A stretch of 64,000 nt of DNA from a phage (GCA_020619395.1 GCA_020619395.1_4860.1), one strand, 5' to 3'; positions 18,836 through 28,930 are shown, numbered from the stretch's first letter. The notes: generated from the sequence alone by a model not told the origin. A program made the numbers and translations.

Positions 18836-20806
18836 CTAGCCAATATCGGCGTATTGATCCAGCAAGAATTTCTGAATCTCGGACACCACTCGAGAGAGCA
18901 CGAAAAAAACCCTGTCCGGTGAGATGGTAACAATACCACGATACAGACCGTCTTTCTCGCCGTGTGTTTTACCGCACGCCGGGCAGCGTTTACCCATGTA
19001 ACCGAATACCGCTAAACGTGTACGTTCGTTGTATTCAGCAATTGCGTTTTCAAACTGGCCAACGTAGATACGGTCGGAAGACAGCTCTTCTAGCATCTCA
19101 ACGATTTTCGCTGTGTCGGTTTCAGTTTGTGGGATAACCTGCATTTCACCGTTTACTTCACGTTGCTCGTTAACAGTGATAGATTTCACCATGTGAGCAT
19201 AGCGCGTTAAGCGACGGGCTTCCGCAGTTAAACGCATATGGGATTCACGTTCACGCTCGGTAGCAAATTCAGACAGCGCTGCCGTAGTTGACGCGTTAAC
19301 GTCTTCAATCCACTTCTCAGTGGAGTCAAAGAAGCTACCCAGGGTAGAACGGCCAAATTCAACACGCACGTCGTGGTATTCAAATACCGAGGATGGGTCA
19401 ACCTGATGCGCCGCGATATATTCGCGCTGTTCAGCAATAGAAATCACAGGACGCTCAGTACCGCGTTGACGTGCCCACAGTTGTTTCTGCAGGTCGCTAA
19501 ACAGACCGGAACCGAAACGGATACAACGCGCGATATTCAGCTTCACATCTTCCTGCTGAGTACAACCGTCCTCACCGCACATCAGCGTCCATGGAATACC
19601 AGACGGCCATTTCGCTTGCAGCGGACCCAGAATTACCAGCCAGTAGTCAGCCAGATCAATGGTATCCAACAGCACAGTACGCAGATCGTTACCCGCGCAG
19701 TCGATGGTTGCTTCAGTAACAAACTGAAGTGCGAATTCAACCATGTGACGCATGTACACACCAGAAGACGACGACAGCATCAAACCGTAGGTCTGCATAC
19801 CGATGGTCGCAGTTTCCAGTGTGAGGCGCATGTCGAAGTCACAAAGGTCACGTTCATGCGGTGCGCGGAAGCCCACGTAGATACCTGTGGCCGGCAACCA
19901 AACCATATTCGGAATACCCGACTTACGTACACGGCGCAAAGCAGCCAGCGCGCCAGTGTGCATATTGTCACGCGGTGCAATAGCACCAGATGCCTTACCG
20001 TCCGGCAACATCACACGCTGTTCCCAAGCGGTGTCGCCACGGTCCAGTGCACCCGCGAATGCTGGTACGCCGTCCTGTAGACGTGGCGGGGTCATGTTCA
20101 AAGCACGATAGATGTCGTCGTATACCTGTTGCTGTTCAGGGCTTTCGAATAGCAGCCGGCCGTCTTTCGGTGAACGTTTAATATTACCGAGGAACTTTTG
20201 CAGGGAGTCTGCAATGATGTTAGGGTCTTGTTTCAGACCAATCAACATCTTCGACTGTGTCAGAATACGATCAGCTTCGTCTTCACCCATTTCGGCAGTT
20301 TCAGCTAAATGGGTATTACCGAAGTTAATCTCACGCACCTGTTGTTGTTCCGGAACCTTCGGTGCTGCATCTTCCATTTCTTTTACAGCCGGCTGGGCCG
20401 GTGCAACCGCTTCCGGAGCTTTTGGCTGCGGAGCAGGTTCTACCGCAGGCGCTTTCTCTACTACCGGTTCCGGGGCACGATGTAGGTGCTCCTGCACCTG
20501 TTCAGCAAAAGTCTGAGGTGCCGGTGGTACAGGCGCAGCAGGTTCAGGCAACGCCTCTTCTACAAACGTCGGACGCTCAAGCTTAGGCTCAGGACGATGA
20601 TAGTGTTGGTGATAAACTTCTTCTGCACGGGCAAAAGAAAAATCGGGATTGGCTTGTTTAATAGCCATGATGATTGCATCCGAGGTCGCGTCATCAGGCA
20701 CGGTCGGAAGAATCATCTCTTGTTGGGTAGCAGCCGCCACAGGGGCTGGCTGGTCGGGATTAGGGCGACGGGCATTACCCGGACGCTGATCTTGGATCTC
20801 AGACAT
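18836..20806 (-). CDS. hypothetical protein with Pro/Ala-rich linker and C-terminal CxxC pair
   Basis: 656-aa ORF; about 90-aa PEPxxP-rich low-complexity region near the N-terminus; C-terminal CPACGKTHGEKDG. Confidence 0.6.
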   Translation of the reverse strand: MSEIQDQRPGNARRPNPDQPAPVAAATQQEMILPTVPDDATSDAIIMAIKQANPDFSFARAEEVYHQHYHRPEPKLERPTFVEEALPEPAAPVPPAPQTFAEQVQEHLHRAPEPVVEKAPAVEPAPQPKAPEAVAPAQPAVKEMEDAAPKVPEQQQVREINFGNTHLAETAEMGEDEADRILTQSKMLIGLKQDPNIIADSLQKFLGNIKRSPKDGRLLFESPEQQQVYDDIYRALNMTPPRLQDGVPAFAGALDRGDTAWEQRVMLPDGKASGAIAPRDNMHTGALAALRRVRKSGIPNMVWLPATGIYVGFRAPHERDLCDFDMRLTLETATIGMQTYGLMLSSSSGVYMRHMVEFALQFVTEATIDCAGNDLRTVLLDTIDLADYWLVILGPLQAKWPSGIPWTLMCGEDGCTQQEDVKLNIARCIRFGSGLFSDLQKQLWARQRGTERPVISIAEQREYIAAHQVDPSSVFEYHDVRVEFGRSTLGSFFDSTEKWIEDVNASTTAALSEFATERERESHMRLTAEARRLTRYAHMVKSITVNEQREVNGEMQVIPQTETDTAKIVEMLEELSSDRIYVGQFENAIAEYNERTRLAVFGYMGKRCPACGKTHGEKDGLYRGIVTISPDRVFFVLSRVVSEIQKFLLDQYADIG

Positions 20807-21461
20807 TAGCCGCTTCCTCGGTTTCTACTACAACGTCGTTGTGATCGACGATGGCGTTTTTAGGGAGTTCTTTCGAATTATTAGCCAAAGCTTCGGCCAA
20901 CAGAACTTCGGCTTGTTCCACGGTATGACCGTTATTCAGCGCCTGCTTCACGAACTTCACTTTCGCGTTATACGTGGAGAAGATTTCGATACTGGTGCCC
21001 TGAATATCCATCGCAAGCATGTTTGCCCGCTGGTCAATCAGGGACAGTTCGGTGTGGTCGACGTGGAACTGGTCTTTGATTTCTTTCCACGTTTTGCTGT
21101 TATCGTTCAGCATGTCAAACACCGGCACAGCCTTAGCATCTGCCTCAACAATCAGTTTACCGAACAGCTCTTTGCCCTGTTGGCACATGCCAAGGAAAGC
21201 CGCCTGTGCTTCATCCAGCGCTTTCAATGTGAAAGCTTTCAGCTCTTCGTGCGCAATGGCTTCAGTTACTTCACGCTCCCGATCAATTTTGCCTGACAGG
21301 AATTCGGTACTTTCGATAAACACAGCTTGTTTTTTCAACACAGACTGCATCATCGCCTTGACGAAATCGCGTGCGTCTTTACGTGGGTTATAAGCGGGTT
21401 TCTTTTTGCGACGACTCATCGTAATAATCCTTTTGCAATTAGGGGTTGGGTGTATACACAA
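20799..21461 (-). CDS. hypothetical protein
   Basis: 220-aa ORF; the true start may be the Met at 21419 (MSRRKKK...), just downstream of the palindrome at 21446-21472. Confidence 0.5.
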   Translation of the reverse strand: MCIHPTPNCKRIITMSRRKKKPAYNPRKDARDFVKAMMQSVLKKQAVFIESTEFLSGKIDREREVTEAIAHEELKAFTLKALDEAQAAFLGMCQQGKELFGKLIVEADAKAVPVFDMLNDNSKTWKEIKDQFHVDHTELSLIDQRANMLAMDIQGTSIEIFSTYNAKVKFVKQALNNGHTVEQAEVLLAEALANNSKELPKNAIVDHNDVVVETEEAANV

Positions 21462-21479
21462 TATACACCCAAAACGTGA

Positions 21480-21863
21480 TTAACTTGCATCGTGTGGAAC
21501 AGTCACCCAATCGTGCCATTTTTCAGAGTAAAGACGATAAGCCATCTTTGGATTCTGATCGACGCTGCCGGCCGGGTTCTCATTCCACAACACGTACGTA
21601 TATAACTCGTACGACGAAGTGTTACGGATACTTGACGTGCGGGTGACGTAGTACGTCAACCCGCGTTGGTTAAGGAACAGGCCGCTGTAATGTTCAGTGA
21701 CCATGTAGTAGTGAAACGCCTGGTTGATAGTGGCGTCGGTGCAGAGTTTCTTAGCGACGTCTTCTACGCCGGGATACGCCTTTAGAATGTTTTCGAGAAA
21801 ACTTGCTAAAGTCATTCCGATGTAGGGTGGCAGCGGCTCTGCTGGACGCGGCGGAGTGAGCAT
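21480..21863 (-). CDS. small hypothetical ORF overlapping the 3' end of the helicase gene
   Basis: 127-aa ORF in another frame over 21751..21863; could be real or a shadow ORF. Confidence 0.25.
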   Translation of the reverse strand: MLTPPRPAEPLPPYIGMTLASFLENILKAYPGVEDVAKKLCTDATINQAFHYYMVTEHYSGLFLNQRGLTYYVTRTSSIRNTSSYELYTYVLWNENPAGSVDQNPKMAYRLYSEKWHDWVTVPHDAS

Positions 21864-24495
21864 GTGATTTCCTTACAACGTAGGGGGATGTCGCGATACG
21901 GAACGACAATACGACATCCTTGAGTGATTTCTGGCGGGCATTCAGGTAATTGCAATGCTTCGGTACGTTATACGCATGGAATAACCACACCGTTGGGTCT
22001 ATTTCACCCCACTCGTTGTGGAGAATCTTACGTGGACGACCGGCCATCTGTTCGTTCAGTTGCTGGTCTTCTACCGGGGTTGAGATGTACATGTGCACCA
22101 ACCCAGGTTTATCGACCGCAGTCCCCGCTTTCCCCGGTGTGGAGATAGAGAAGTCTGCTTGGATAAAGTCGTCATACGAATCGCCTGCATTATATTTCGC
22201 CACCATGAGTGGATGGAATACAGGGTCACGCGATAACTTATCTTTCACATACTCGGTAAAGAACTCACACATTGCAACCGTAGCAAATAGCAGCAAACAC
22301 TTCTGGCCGGGTTGATACCGTTTAAGGAACGATTTCTCAACCACATCCCAGATCATGTTCGCGTATTCTAAATGCAAGTTCTCTTTAATCAGCTTCCCTT
22401 CGAAGAGTTTGTGGTTATACGGCGTCATCTTCGACGCCCACCACGCGAACTTCTTATCATCCAGTCGATAGTACAACGCTTTCACGTCAACCACCGGAAT
22501 GATTGGAATACTGATTCGGTACTCCATTGGGAAGCGTTCTAAATACCGCTCCGCGATAAAGGCTTTACTGCTACCCGGTTTAAGAGTTGCAGACATCTCT
22601 ATCGATGCCGGCGGGTTCAACATTATACCAGCCATGTAAACGAGGTGAAAATGCTCGTGCACCTCATCCATCGCCACCAGACCCACACCCAGAACATCAT
22701 AAAACGTATCCAGGTCCACAGGGTTAGTCGCAGCAGTGTTAATGTACTCCTTCAGGAAACGCTGTAGAGAGACCGTGGGGAGGATTATTACCTTAATACC
22801 GCGTCTATCTAGCTCTCCCGACTTACCCATCTCCAGCGCGTCGTAAATCGCCTGTACGCCTGTACAAACTAACACCTCGTCACGAAGTATACGAAGTCCT
22901 GTTTCATCATCACAGACGTCAAACAGCCATTTGGGAACGTATGACGGACGGTGAATCAATGCGGTACGGGTTCCCCGTTTAACCATCGACTTCATACAGG
23001 TCTTGGTGTTGTGCGTAACGATCCACTTGTCCACCACAAACAACGCATCGTCGTTCTCGACACGAATACACGTGGCAAGATCACGACCAATGGGTTCGAT
23101 AGACTTAACACGGAGTTTCAGTATATCGGTGTATTGTCCGTTATCACGACACAGTTCTTTCTTCCTTGGAAGATGGAACAGTTTCGATGGTGTTTTGTGG
23201 CGGATGGAGACGTTATAAGCCAAACGACCTTCACGACGTTCGCCGTTGTGTGTGAAGAACGGACGTTTCTCGCGTAGTGTTGCAATCCCTCCTAAAGACC
23301 GCACAAGTTCCTGAACACCTAAAGCCAATTCTTTACTGGTGGAACAGAAAGAAGGCGTACCACCATCCTTATCCACAGTACCGTCAGTATCCATCAAGCC
23401 ACGCAACAACTCCCACCGTTGTTCGATGGACGTTTCGAAGTAATCTCCAGGTATGAACTTTTCCCAAGACCTGCAGCCAATTAACCCTAACCGCTCAAGC
23501 TCTCTGCGGACAAGGTTAACACCGCCGGGACAAGAGATGCACTTCGTTATCCCATCGCTGTACGATGAATCATGGATTGCATGTCCAGCGGGCATGACCT
23601 CAGCAACACGGTCACGAATCTCCACATCGCCTTTGGTGTATAAAACACCAGGCATCGATAGGGAGCCATCACCCAAGAGGATACCGAGTAAATACGGATG
23701 AATGACAAAATCCTTAGCTGGCTTTTCCTCTGGTTCTGGTAATGGGATGTATACCCGTGGATTAGGCATCGAAATTAAACGTTTCATCTCTAGGGTATCA
23801 CGTACACCCCAGCGACGATTCTCGGTGGTATTAACGTAGTAGCTTTGCCACAAGTGCTCGCCACATACGTCAACACTCCTACCATCCCAAAACGTCACCT
23901 GATACAGGTCAACCACACCCTGTGGGAACACTCCAGAGACCATTGCTGGTTTTCCGTCACGCCCCGTAACGTAATCACCTAGCTGTATATCCTCAATGTT
24001 CTTCCAACCACCCGGTACACGCACACGCGTACCATGCGCGAGAGCTTTTCCTCTTCCTGTTTGTATCGCGAAAACCGTTTGTGAGCGCGATGGATCTGTT
24101 GCGGCGGCTACGACTTCATTCTGATAATAGAAACGCGACTCTGGGTCTGTCTCTTCCATCTTGAATCCGTAATTATCAAACGTGCACTTATAAGGTGTTC
24201 CTCGTACAGGACGGTGCTCTGTTAGCTTGTACTGAAAAGCGTATTCAATTGCTGCTCGTTGGAGGATATGTTTAATCTTCTCAGCGAACACTTTATGGAA
24301 AATGAACGTCCTTAAAGACGGAATGTGGGCGTAGTACGCGTCACCGCGTTCCGTGGTTATTCGTCCATGTTGCTTGCCCATCTTTGGGGCGTGCATATTC
24401 TCTTCGGCCCACGCGAGTATGGCCCTTTCAGCCTGGCGGATAGGGACTTCAACCCGTACCCCCATACTCGTGTAAGTCATTTGAATTTCTACCAT
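21751..24495 (-). CDS. SF2 DExH-box helicase, intein-containing precursor
   Basis: Walker A is split as ...AIQTGRGK / TKTC... by the intein; downstream DEVH (motif II), MSATL (motif III) and QMAGRPRK (motif VI-like). Start set at ATG 24495 because the upstream gene's terminator (24512-24538) lies between it and the ORF-track start 24552. Confidence 0.65.
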   Translation of the reverse strand: MVEIQMTYTSMGVRVEVPIRQAERAILAWAEENMHAPKMGKQHGRITTERGDAYYAHIPSLRTFIFHKVFAEKIKHILQRAAIEYAFQYKLTEHRPVRGTPYKCTFDNYGFKMEETDPESRFYYQNEVVAAATDPSRSQTVFAIQTGRGKALAHGTRVRVPGGWKNIEDIQLGDYVTGRDGKPAMVSGVFPQGVVDLYQVTFWDGRSVDVCGEHLWQSYYVNTTENRRWGVRDTLEMKRLISMPNPRVYIPLPEPEEKPAKDFVIHPYLLGILLGDGSLSMPGVLYTKGDVEIRDRVAEVMPAGHAIHDSSYSDGITKCISCPGGVNLVRRELERLGLIGCRSWEKFIPGDYFETSIEQRWELLRGLMDTDGTVDKDGGTPSFCSTSKELALGVQELVRSLGGIATLREKRPFFTHNGERREGRLAYNVSIRHKTPSKLFHLPRKKELCRDNGQYTDILKLRVKSIEPIGRDLATCIRVENDDALFVVDKWIVTHNTKTCMKSMVKRGTRTALIHRPSYVPKWLFDVCDDETGLRILRDEVLVCTGVQAIYDALEMGKSGELDRRGIKVIILPTVSLQRFLKEYINTAATNPVDLDTFYDVLGVGLVAMDEVHEHFHLVYMAGIMLNPPASIEMSATLKPGSSKAFIAERYLERFPMEYRISIPIIPVVDVKALYYRLDDKKFAWWASKMTPYNHKLFEGKLIKENLHLEYANMIWDVVEKSFLKRYQPGQKCLLLFATVAMCEFFTEYVKDKLSRDPVFHPLMVAKYNAGDSYDDFIQADFSISTPGKAGTAVDKPGLVHMYISTPVEDQQLNEQMAGRPRKILHNEWGEIDPTVWLFHAYNVPKHCNYLNARQKSLKDVVLSFRIATSPYVVRKSHAHSAASSRAAATLHRNDFSKFSRKHSKGVSRRRRRR
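23008..24045 (-). mobile_element. intein (346 aa, class-3-like, with LAGLIDADG homing-endonuclease domain) in the helicase P-loop
   Basis: Block A ALAHGTRVRV starting with Ala (codon gct, - strand, 24043-24045); block B ...GEHLW; LAGLIDADG-like LLGILLGDGS and LLRGLMDTDGTV; block F DLATCIRV; block G WIVTHN followed by +1 Thr; excision restores TGRGKT. Confidence 0.7.
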
Positions 24496-24511
24496 GCTGC
24501 CCCTCTTCGCA

Positions 24512-24538
24512 CAAAAAAAGAGGGGCGCAAGGCCCCTC
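24512..24538 (-). terminator. rho-independent terminator after CDS 24542..26647
   Basis: Hairpin 24520-24538 (gaggggc / gcaa / ggcccctc) with + strand A-run 24512-24519. Confidence 0.55.
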
Positions 24539-24541
24539 GGT

Positions 24542-26647
24542 TTACAACTCAATTACCACAGCGGCTCCTAGGTCATCGTACAACGATGCCGGGATTTTGT
24601 ACTCGGTATAAAAACCAACGCGATCGATATTCCCCTGCTGTCCTTCAAACAACAACATCGGAATTGCCGAGCGCAAACTAATGAGCGTGTTGTGATCGAC
24701 AAACCGTTTCCCGGTGGCATTAGTAGAATCCTCACTGTCAAATCCTACTGCCGGGAACGGATTGGTTGGTGACTCTACACGAGATATCGCCAACATAATC
24801 GCAATGTGCGTCATCGGTATACCGCTCAGCTTACGCTGGATGTACTTAAACGTATCCATCAACGCATAAGTACACTGTTTCTCTGTAGCACCACCCATTT
24901 CAACCAACGTTACCGGTTTCACACGACCTTGTTTCTTGTTCAACTTCACAGTCGAGGCTGTGTTGATGATTTCCACAATGTCTTCGTTCTTATCGGCTGC
25001 GATTGAACGTAGCTTGGTTTCTAACCCTGCCACGAATTCTGCCATCGATTCAGAACGGTTGGTGTAGACCAGTACCGGGTGTTTCGGGTTCCATCCTTTC
25101 AAAGGAATCTGAACCGTCTTCTTCTCGATACGAATGTTCGCACGTTGTTTCAAGAAGTAATGCAAGAACGGTTTAGAGAAGTTCCCACAAACACCCATTC
25201 GCACATCGATAGAATCTGCAGCGATGATTTGCCCATCTTCTAAACGACGCTGGAATGTCAAGTCGGTGATTTCCGGCAATGCTGTTTCATCGATTGCATC
25301 GAGATCTTCATGATACGCAATCTGGCTCAGCTCCGAATAAACTTTGTCGGTAACGACCAACTCGTATTCTGACCAATTACCACGCTGTGGTTTTGGTAGC
25401 AAGCACAACCCTTTCAGAGAGTTATGTTTGTATTCGGTCATGTACTCACGCATTCTCGGCGTGAGTACCAGGTTGAGCAGATAACGCAAGAAGTCAAGGT
25501 GCTTGGTAGAGAGAATTCCCTGTGTACCCTTTTCCGAGATGGACGTGGACGCCAGGTGACCTGGTGACGTACCTTCAGAGAGGTTATAAATCAAATCCCC
25601 CATACAGGTCGCACAGATGGACTGATTCGCCATCTCTTTACAGGTCATGGCACTACGGAAGACCAGCGGTTTGCCAACCAGGTCTGCGTATCCGCCTTTC
25701 TCAAATCTCAACCACGGACCATTATCACCTTCTAAACGATAACGCATCCCCACCATCGCTTTATAGGCACGCTCATCCAGCTGCGTATCCTTAAACGTGT
25801 AGCGGTGTGCGTGAGTTGTACCGCAGTCGTCGTACGTGAAATACATCAGTACGTTTGCTGCCAACTGCAGTTTACGTGAGGCGTATTCTGCTTCGGCAAT
25901 CTTGTCAGTGTTGTACAAGTGGGAACGTGAAGTTGCACCGGATTCTTTCAAACGCGAAATAACCGAGTGCATTCCGGTAAAGAAGCCTTCCCACACCTGA
26001 TTGGTGTATACACGTGAGTCAATTTCTGACGTTTTACCACGCACGAAGGCTTGCAGTACCTGGTTCATCTTCACAGTACCGTCCAGTACCGACATCACGA
26101 CCGGGTTATACCGTAGCGCAGGGTCTTTGAAGATTTTCTCGATAAGCTTGTACGCTTCTTCAACCATATCCCGACCATCTTCATCGTAGCCAGTAGGATA
26201 TTGCACTTCCCACTGACGGATGAGTTCGAAGTTCGGATGGTCGTAGATCTCCATCATCGTATCAAAGTCGATTGTCGTACAATAGGACAGCAAGTTCTTC
26301 ACTGTCATGTTGAACGCATCGGCGTAGACATGTTGACTCAGGATATAACGCGTTTCAGCAAGGTCGACGCCTGCTTTACGGGCCAGTACCGCTGCTTCCG
26401 ACATAAAGTCCAGATGCAGGTCATCTGTTGCTACCTGACCTGGACGATACGCCATGGTCGATGGAGTGGGCACCTGCGGATACAGACGCGACACACCCCA
26501 ATACGGCCAGCTGAGTTTGATGTGGCGACTAGACATTTCCAACGACTTACCATCGTCGAATGTCACGTAATAACGCCCGCGTAGTTTCCACACCTGATCA
26601 GAGTTAAGCATACGCAAATCACGTACGTGTACAGAACGACCCGCCAT
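24542..26647 (-). CDS. multisubunit RNA polymerase beta-prime-like, C-terminal part (candidate)
   Basis: 701-aa ORF directly downstream of the beta-like gene; SEKGTQGILSTKH resembles the beta-prime trigger-loop motif E-P-GTQ-L-T-M-R-T-F-H (recalled); the rest is unassigned. Confidence 0.45.
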   Translation of the reverse strand: MAGRSVHVRDLRMLNSDQVWKLRGRYYVTFDDGKSLEMSSRHIKLSWPYWGVSRLYPQVPTPSTMAYRPGQVATDDLHLDFMSEAAVLARKAGVDLAETRYILSQHVYADAFNMTVKNLLSYCTTIDFDTMMEIYDHPNFELIRQWEVQYPTGYDEDGRDMVEEAYKLIEKIFKDPALRYNPVVMSVLDGTVKMNQVLQAFVRGKTSEIDSRVYTNQVWEGFFTGMHSVISRLKESGATSRSHLYNTDKIAEAEYASRKLQLAANVLMYFTYDDCGTTHAHRYTFKDTQLDERAYKAMVGMRYRLEGDNGPWLRFEKGGYADLVGKPLVFRSAMTCKEMANQSICATCMGDLIYNLSEGTSPGHLASTSISEKGTQGILSTKHLDFLRYLLNLVLTPRMREYMTEYKHNSLKGLCLLPKPQRGNWSEYELVVTDKVYSELSQIAYHEDLDAIDETALPEITDLTFQRRLEDGQIIAADSIDVRMGVCGNFSKPFLHYFLKQRANIRIEKKTVQIPLKGWNPKHPVLVYTNRSESMAEFVAGLETKLRSIAADKNEDIVEIINTASTVKLNKKQGRVKPVTLVEMGGATEKQCTYALMDTFKYIQRKLSGIPMTHIAIMLAISRVESPTNPFPAVGFDSEDSTNATGKRFVDHNTLISLRSAIPMLLFEGQQGNIDRVGFYTEYKIPASLYDDLGAAVVIEL

Positions 26648-28884
26648 TATTTATCCTCCCGAATTGGACGCACTAATTCAAAACCTTCACAGCGATGGAT
26701 GTTACGTATCATCCTGTCAATCTGCGAATCTCCCATTGGCAGTTTCTTACGATCGACCAGCACCCCCGGATTGGTTGGTGTTGGCGAGTTATACAGCCCC
26801 GTTACGATCGCACGGTGTACCGCAGGGTTATTAGCGCGGTCATGAGTTTCGGGGAAGTTGCCCGGACCAAAGCCGTCGGTAAGACGCTGCTCGGAAGGAC
26901 CACCCCACTTCAACCCTTTCAGGTTAATCGGATATGAACCACGTCCTTGGTTGGATGCATCAATACAACCCAAATAGTTCGTGTACATCGACGAGATACT
27001 GGAGAACTCACGACCGGTTTTATCCAGGCGCAGAGTCTCTACCATGCCGACGTAGAACTGGTTCTTCGTCCACTCTTTCTCACCCTGATAGTTAGTAATC
27101 AGTAGCTTAGACTTGCGTGGTGCATACTCGCCTAGAGCACGGCAGATTTCTACCTGGGTGGCATTCAATTCGTGGGGAAGCCAGATACGAATCGTGAAGT
27201 CGTAAATCTCTTTAAAGAGTTCCAGACGTGACTCAGTATCTGGGTGACTGGCATTGAGATAGAATGTCCAGCGTGGGTTATAGCGATCGATATAGTCCAT
27301 CAGGATTTCCCAGGCTTCATCAACCTGGTTGGCAGCAAGTAATGGTTTCAACCGCATCTTCAACTGCTCGGATGCAGCAGACCAATACATGTGGAACAGC
27401 GCAGCATAAGTCGAACGACGAATTACGGCGTTCATGGAACGAATGACATGCACACGTTCTCCGAACTCGTTAATCGGCATTTCTTCATCAGGCCGCACTG
27501 CACCCACGATACCTTTTGTACCTGAACGGTCGGTGATTTTCGATGAGACGGTAACTGGGATTGGATAACGTACCACGATGCGTATCGTGTAACTACCAAT
27601 TGGGTCCCAGAGACCACGCTGAACCGGCTGCGCCAGTTTGTTTAACACGTTCTTATCAGCAGAACGGTTATACTCGCCTTTGCGCATGGCTTCATCGTAT
27701 TCACGACCAATCTCTTCACGGAAGTCGTTATAGACTTCATACGTCTCAGAACAGAACGCCTTGTCAAGAATCTCAAACGCTTTCGGTGACCAGACAATAT
27801 TCTTGTCCTTGGACATCGCAAAATAGAACCGCACGATATCATTGTAAAAACGTTTCAAAGCGTTCGCGTAGTGATCTAACTCGCGTTTGTTCTCTTCGGT
27901 ACATGCGATATTGTTAACACCACGATCGCATTTGGTTTCGTCCCGCCATACCTGAATATCAACGACACGAGAACCAGTACGTTCCATCTTTTCAAAGTCG
28001 CCAGCCTGACGCGCTTTGTAATGCTCAGGGTCAGCATCAACATACTCACAACGGTCGAAGTGCGGAGAGATATGTTGTGTTTCACCTACGTGCGAGTCAA
28101 TGGCTGCCCATAGCTTATCGAAACGGCGCGCGGCAATAACCAACCCATCATCACGAATTGCCTGTCCTTTATTGGGCAGGTACTGTGGTCGACGAACGCC
28201 ATCAATACCCGTTGTCCCATACGTATCAAGCAGGTACTCGTCGTCGCGCAAGGTAAAGTCGATTGCACGCAAACCATAAGCGTGCATCGCTTTCGCTGCA
28301 GTTTCGGAGATGGTGTACGAGTCCTCGATAATGTCCGGGTGCGACATTGTCACAGTGTGCAGGTTGACCCCATCGACAAACTCACCGTCTTTCTGTGCCG
28401 GCAGTACGGTAAGCATTTCATCTTTTTCCAGGTGCTGCGTCTGCCCGCGCAGCAACGCCTGAAGTTTCCCAGTAGCCTCTTTCTTAGACGAGAAAATGTT
28501 ATCGTGGTTGGTGTAATACTTAATATCGATTACATCAATCATCACTTTGCGCTGGTTGGTTAAATCTGCGCGCGTGAAGAAGATAACATGCTGGAGCGGT
28601 TCGTGATCCCCTTCACGACCATAGCGTGCAAAAACAGCTGCACGAGTAACACCTTCTTTGGTTGTGTAACTGCACACGGTACCACTGTCTTCCACGATAT
28701 CGTTAAAACAATAATCGTGGTAGTTCACATCAGCGCCGGTAAAATGGATAGTCGGATCTGGATTGTCCAGTGGTACCGCCGACTTCATATGTCCACCCAC
28801 CATTGAGGCACGTGCCCCAGATACGCCAGTGATATTCACCTCACGGTCAGCAACGCTTGACATGAGTTCGACTGGTGTTTTCAT
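26647..28884 (-). CDS. multisubunit RNA polymerase beta-like subunit (C-terminal catalytic part)
   Basis: 745-aa ORF; ITDRSGTKGIVGAVRPDEEMPINEFGERVHVIRSMNAV lines up with the bacterial beta motif GDK-x-AGRHGNKGV-x(5-6)-EDMP-x(3-5)-G-x-x-VD-I-V-LNPLGV (recalled from E. coli RpoB). Confidence 0.7.
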   Translation of the reverse strand: MKTPVELMSSVADREVNITGVSGARASMVGGHMKSAVPLDNPDPTIHFTGADVNYHDYCFNDIVEDSGTVCSYTTKEGVTRAAVFARYGREGDHEPLQHVIFFTRADLTNQRKVMIDVIDIKYYTNHDNIFSSKKEATGKLQALLRGQTQHLEKDEMLTVLPAQKDGEFVDGVNLHTVTMSHPDIIEDSYTISETAAKAMHAYGLRAIDFTLRDDEYLLDTYGTTGIDGVRRPQYLPNKGQAIRDDGLVIAARRFDKLWAAIDSHVGETQHISPHFDRCEYVDADPEHYKARQAGDFEKMERTGSRVVDIQVWRDETKCDRGVNNIACTEENKRELDHYANALKRFYNDIVRFYFAMSKDKNIVWSPKAFEILDKAFCSETYEVYNDFREEIGREYDEAMRKGEYNRSADKNVLNKLAQPVQRGLWDPIGSYTIRIVVRYPIPVTVSSKITDRSGTKGIVGAVRPDEEMPINEFGERVHVIRSMNAVIRRSTYAALFHMYWSAASEQLKMRLKPLLAANQVDEAWEILMDYIDRYNPRWTFYLNASHPDTESRLELFKEIYDFTIRIWLPHELNATQVEICRALGEYAPRKSKLLITNYQGEKEWTKNQFYVGMVETLRLDKTGREFSSISSMYTNYLGCIDASNQGRGSYPINLKGLKWGGPSEQRLTDGFGPGNFPETHDRANNPAVHRAIVTGLYNSPTPTNPGVLVDRKKLPMGDSQIDRMIRNIHRCEGFELVRPIREDK

Positions 28885-28913
28885 TCGTAAATGCTCCTTT
28901 TGGTTACCTCGGT

Positions 28914-28930
28914 AAGATAATATCTATCTG
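28914..28930. promoter_or_regulatory. recurrent AGATAATATCTATCT-type promoter-like motif
   Basis: aagataatatctatctg between divergent starts 28884 (-) and 28951 (+); same motif family as 32657, 34073, 42181, 42274, 50184, 53150. Confidence 0.3.

Noticed and set aside
19373-20080. 235-aa + strand ORF and similar antisense ORFs (e.g. 1594..2082, 4473..5129, 10760..11143, 43935..44477)
   Set aside because: All are embedded antisense within longer minus-strand genes, with Arg/Cys/His-rich composition typical of shadow frames.
24496-24552. ORF-track start of the helicase gene at 24552
   Set aside because: The terminator hairpin of the upstream gene (24512-24538) lies inside this extension; the Met at 24495 with a GAAGAGGGG purine tract upstream is a more plausible start.
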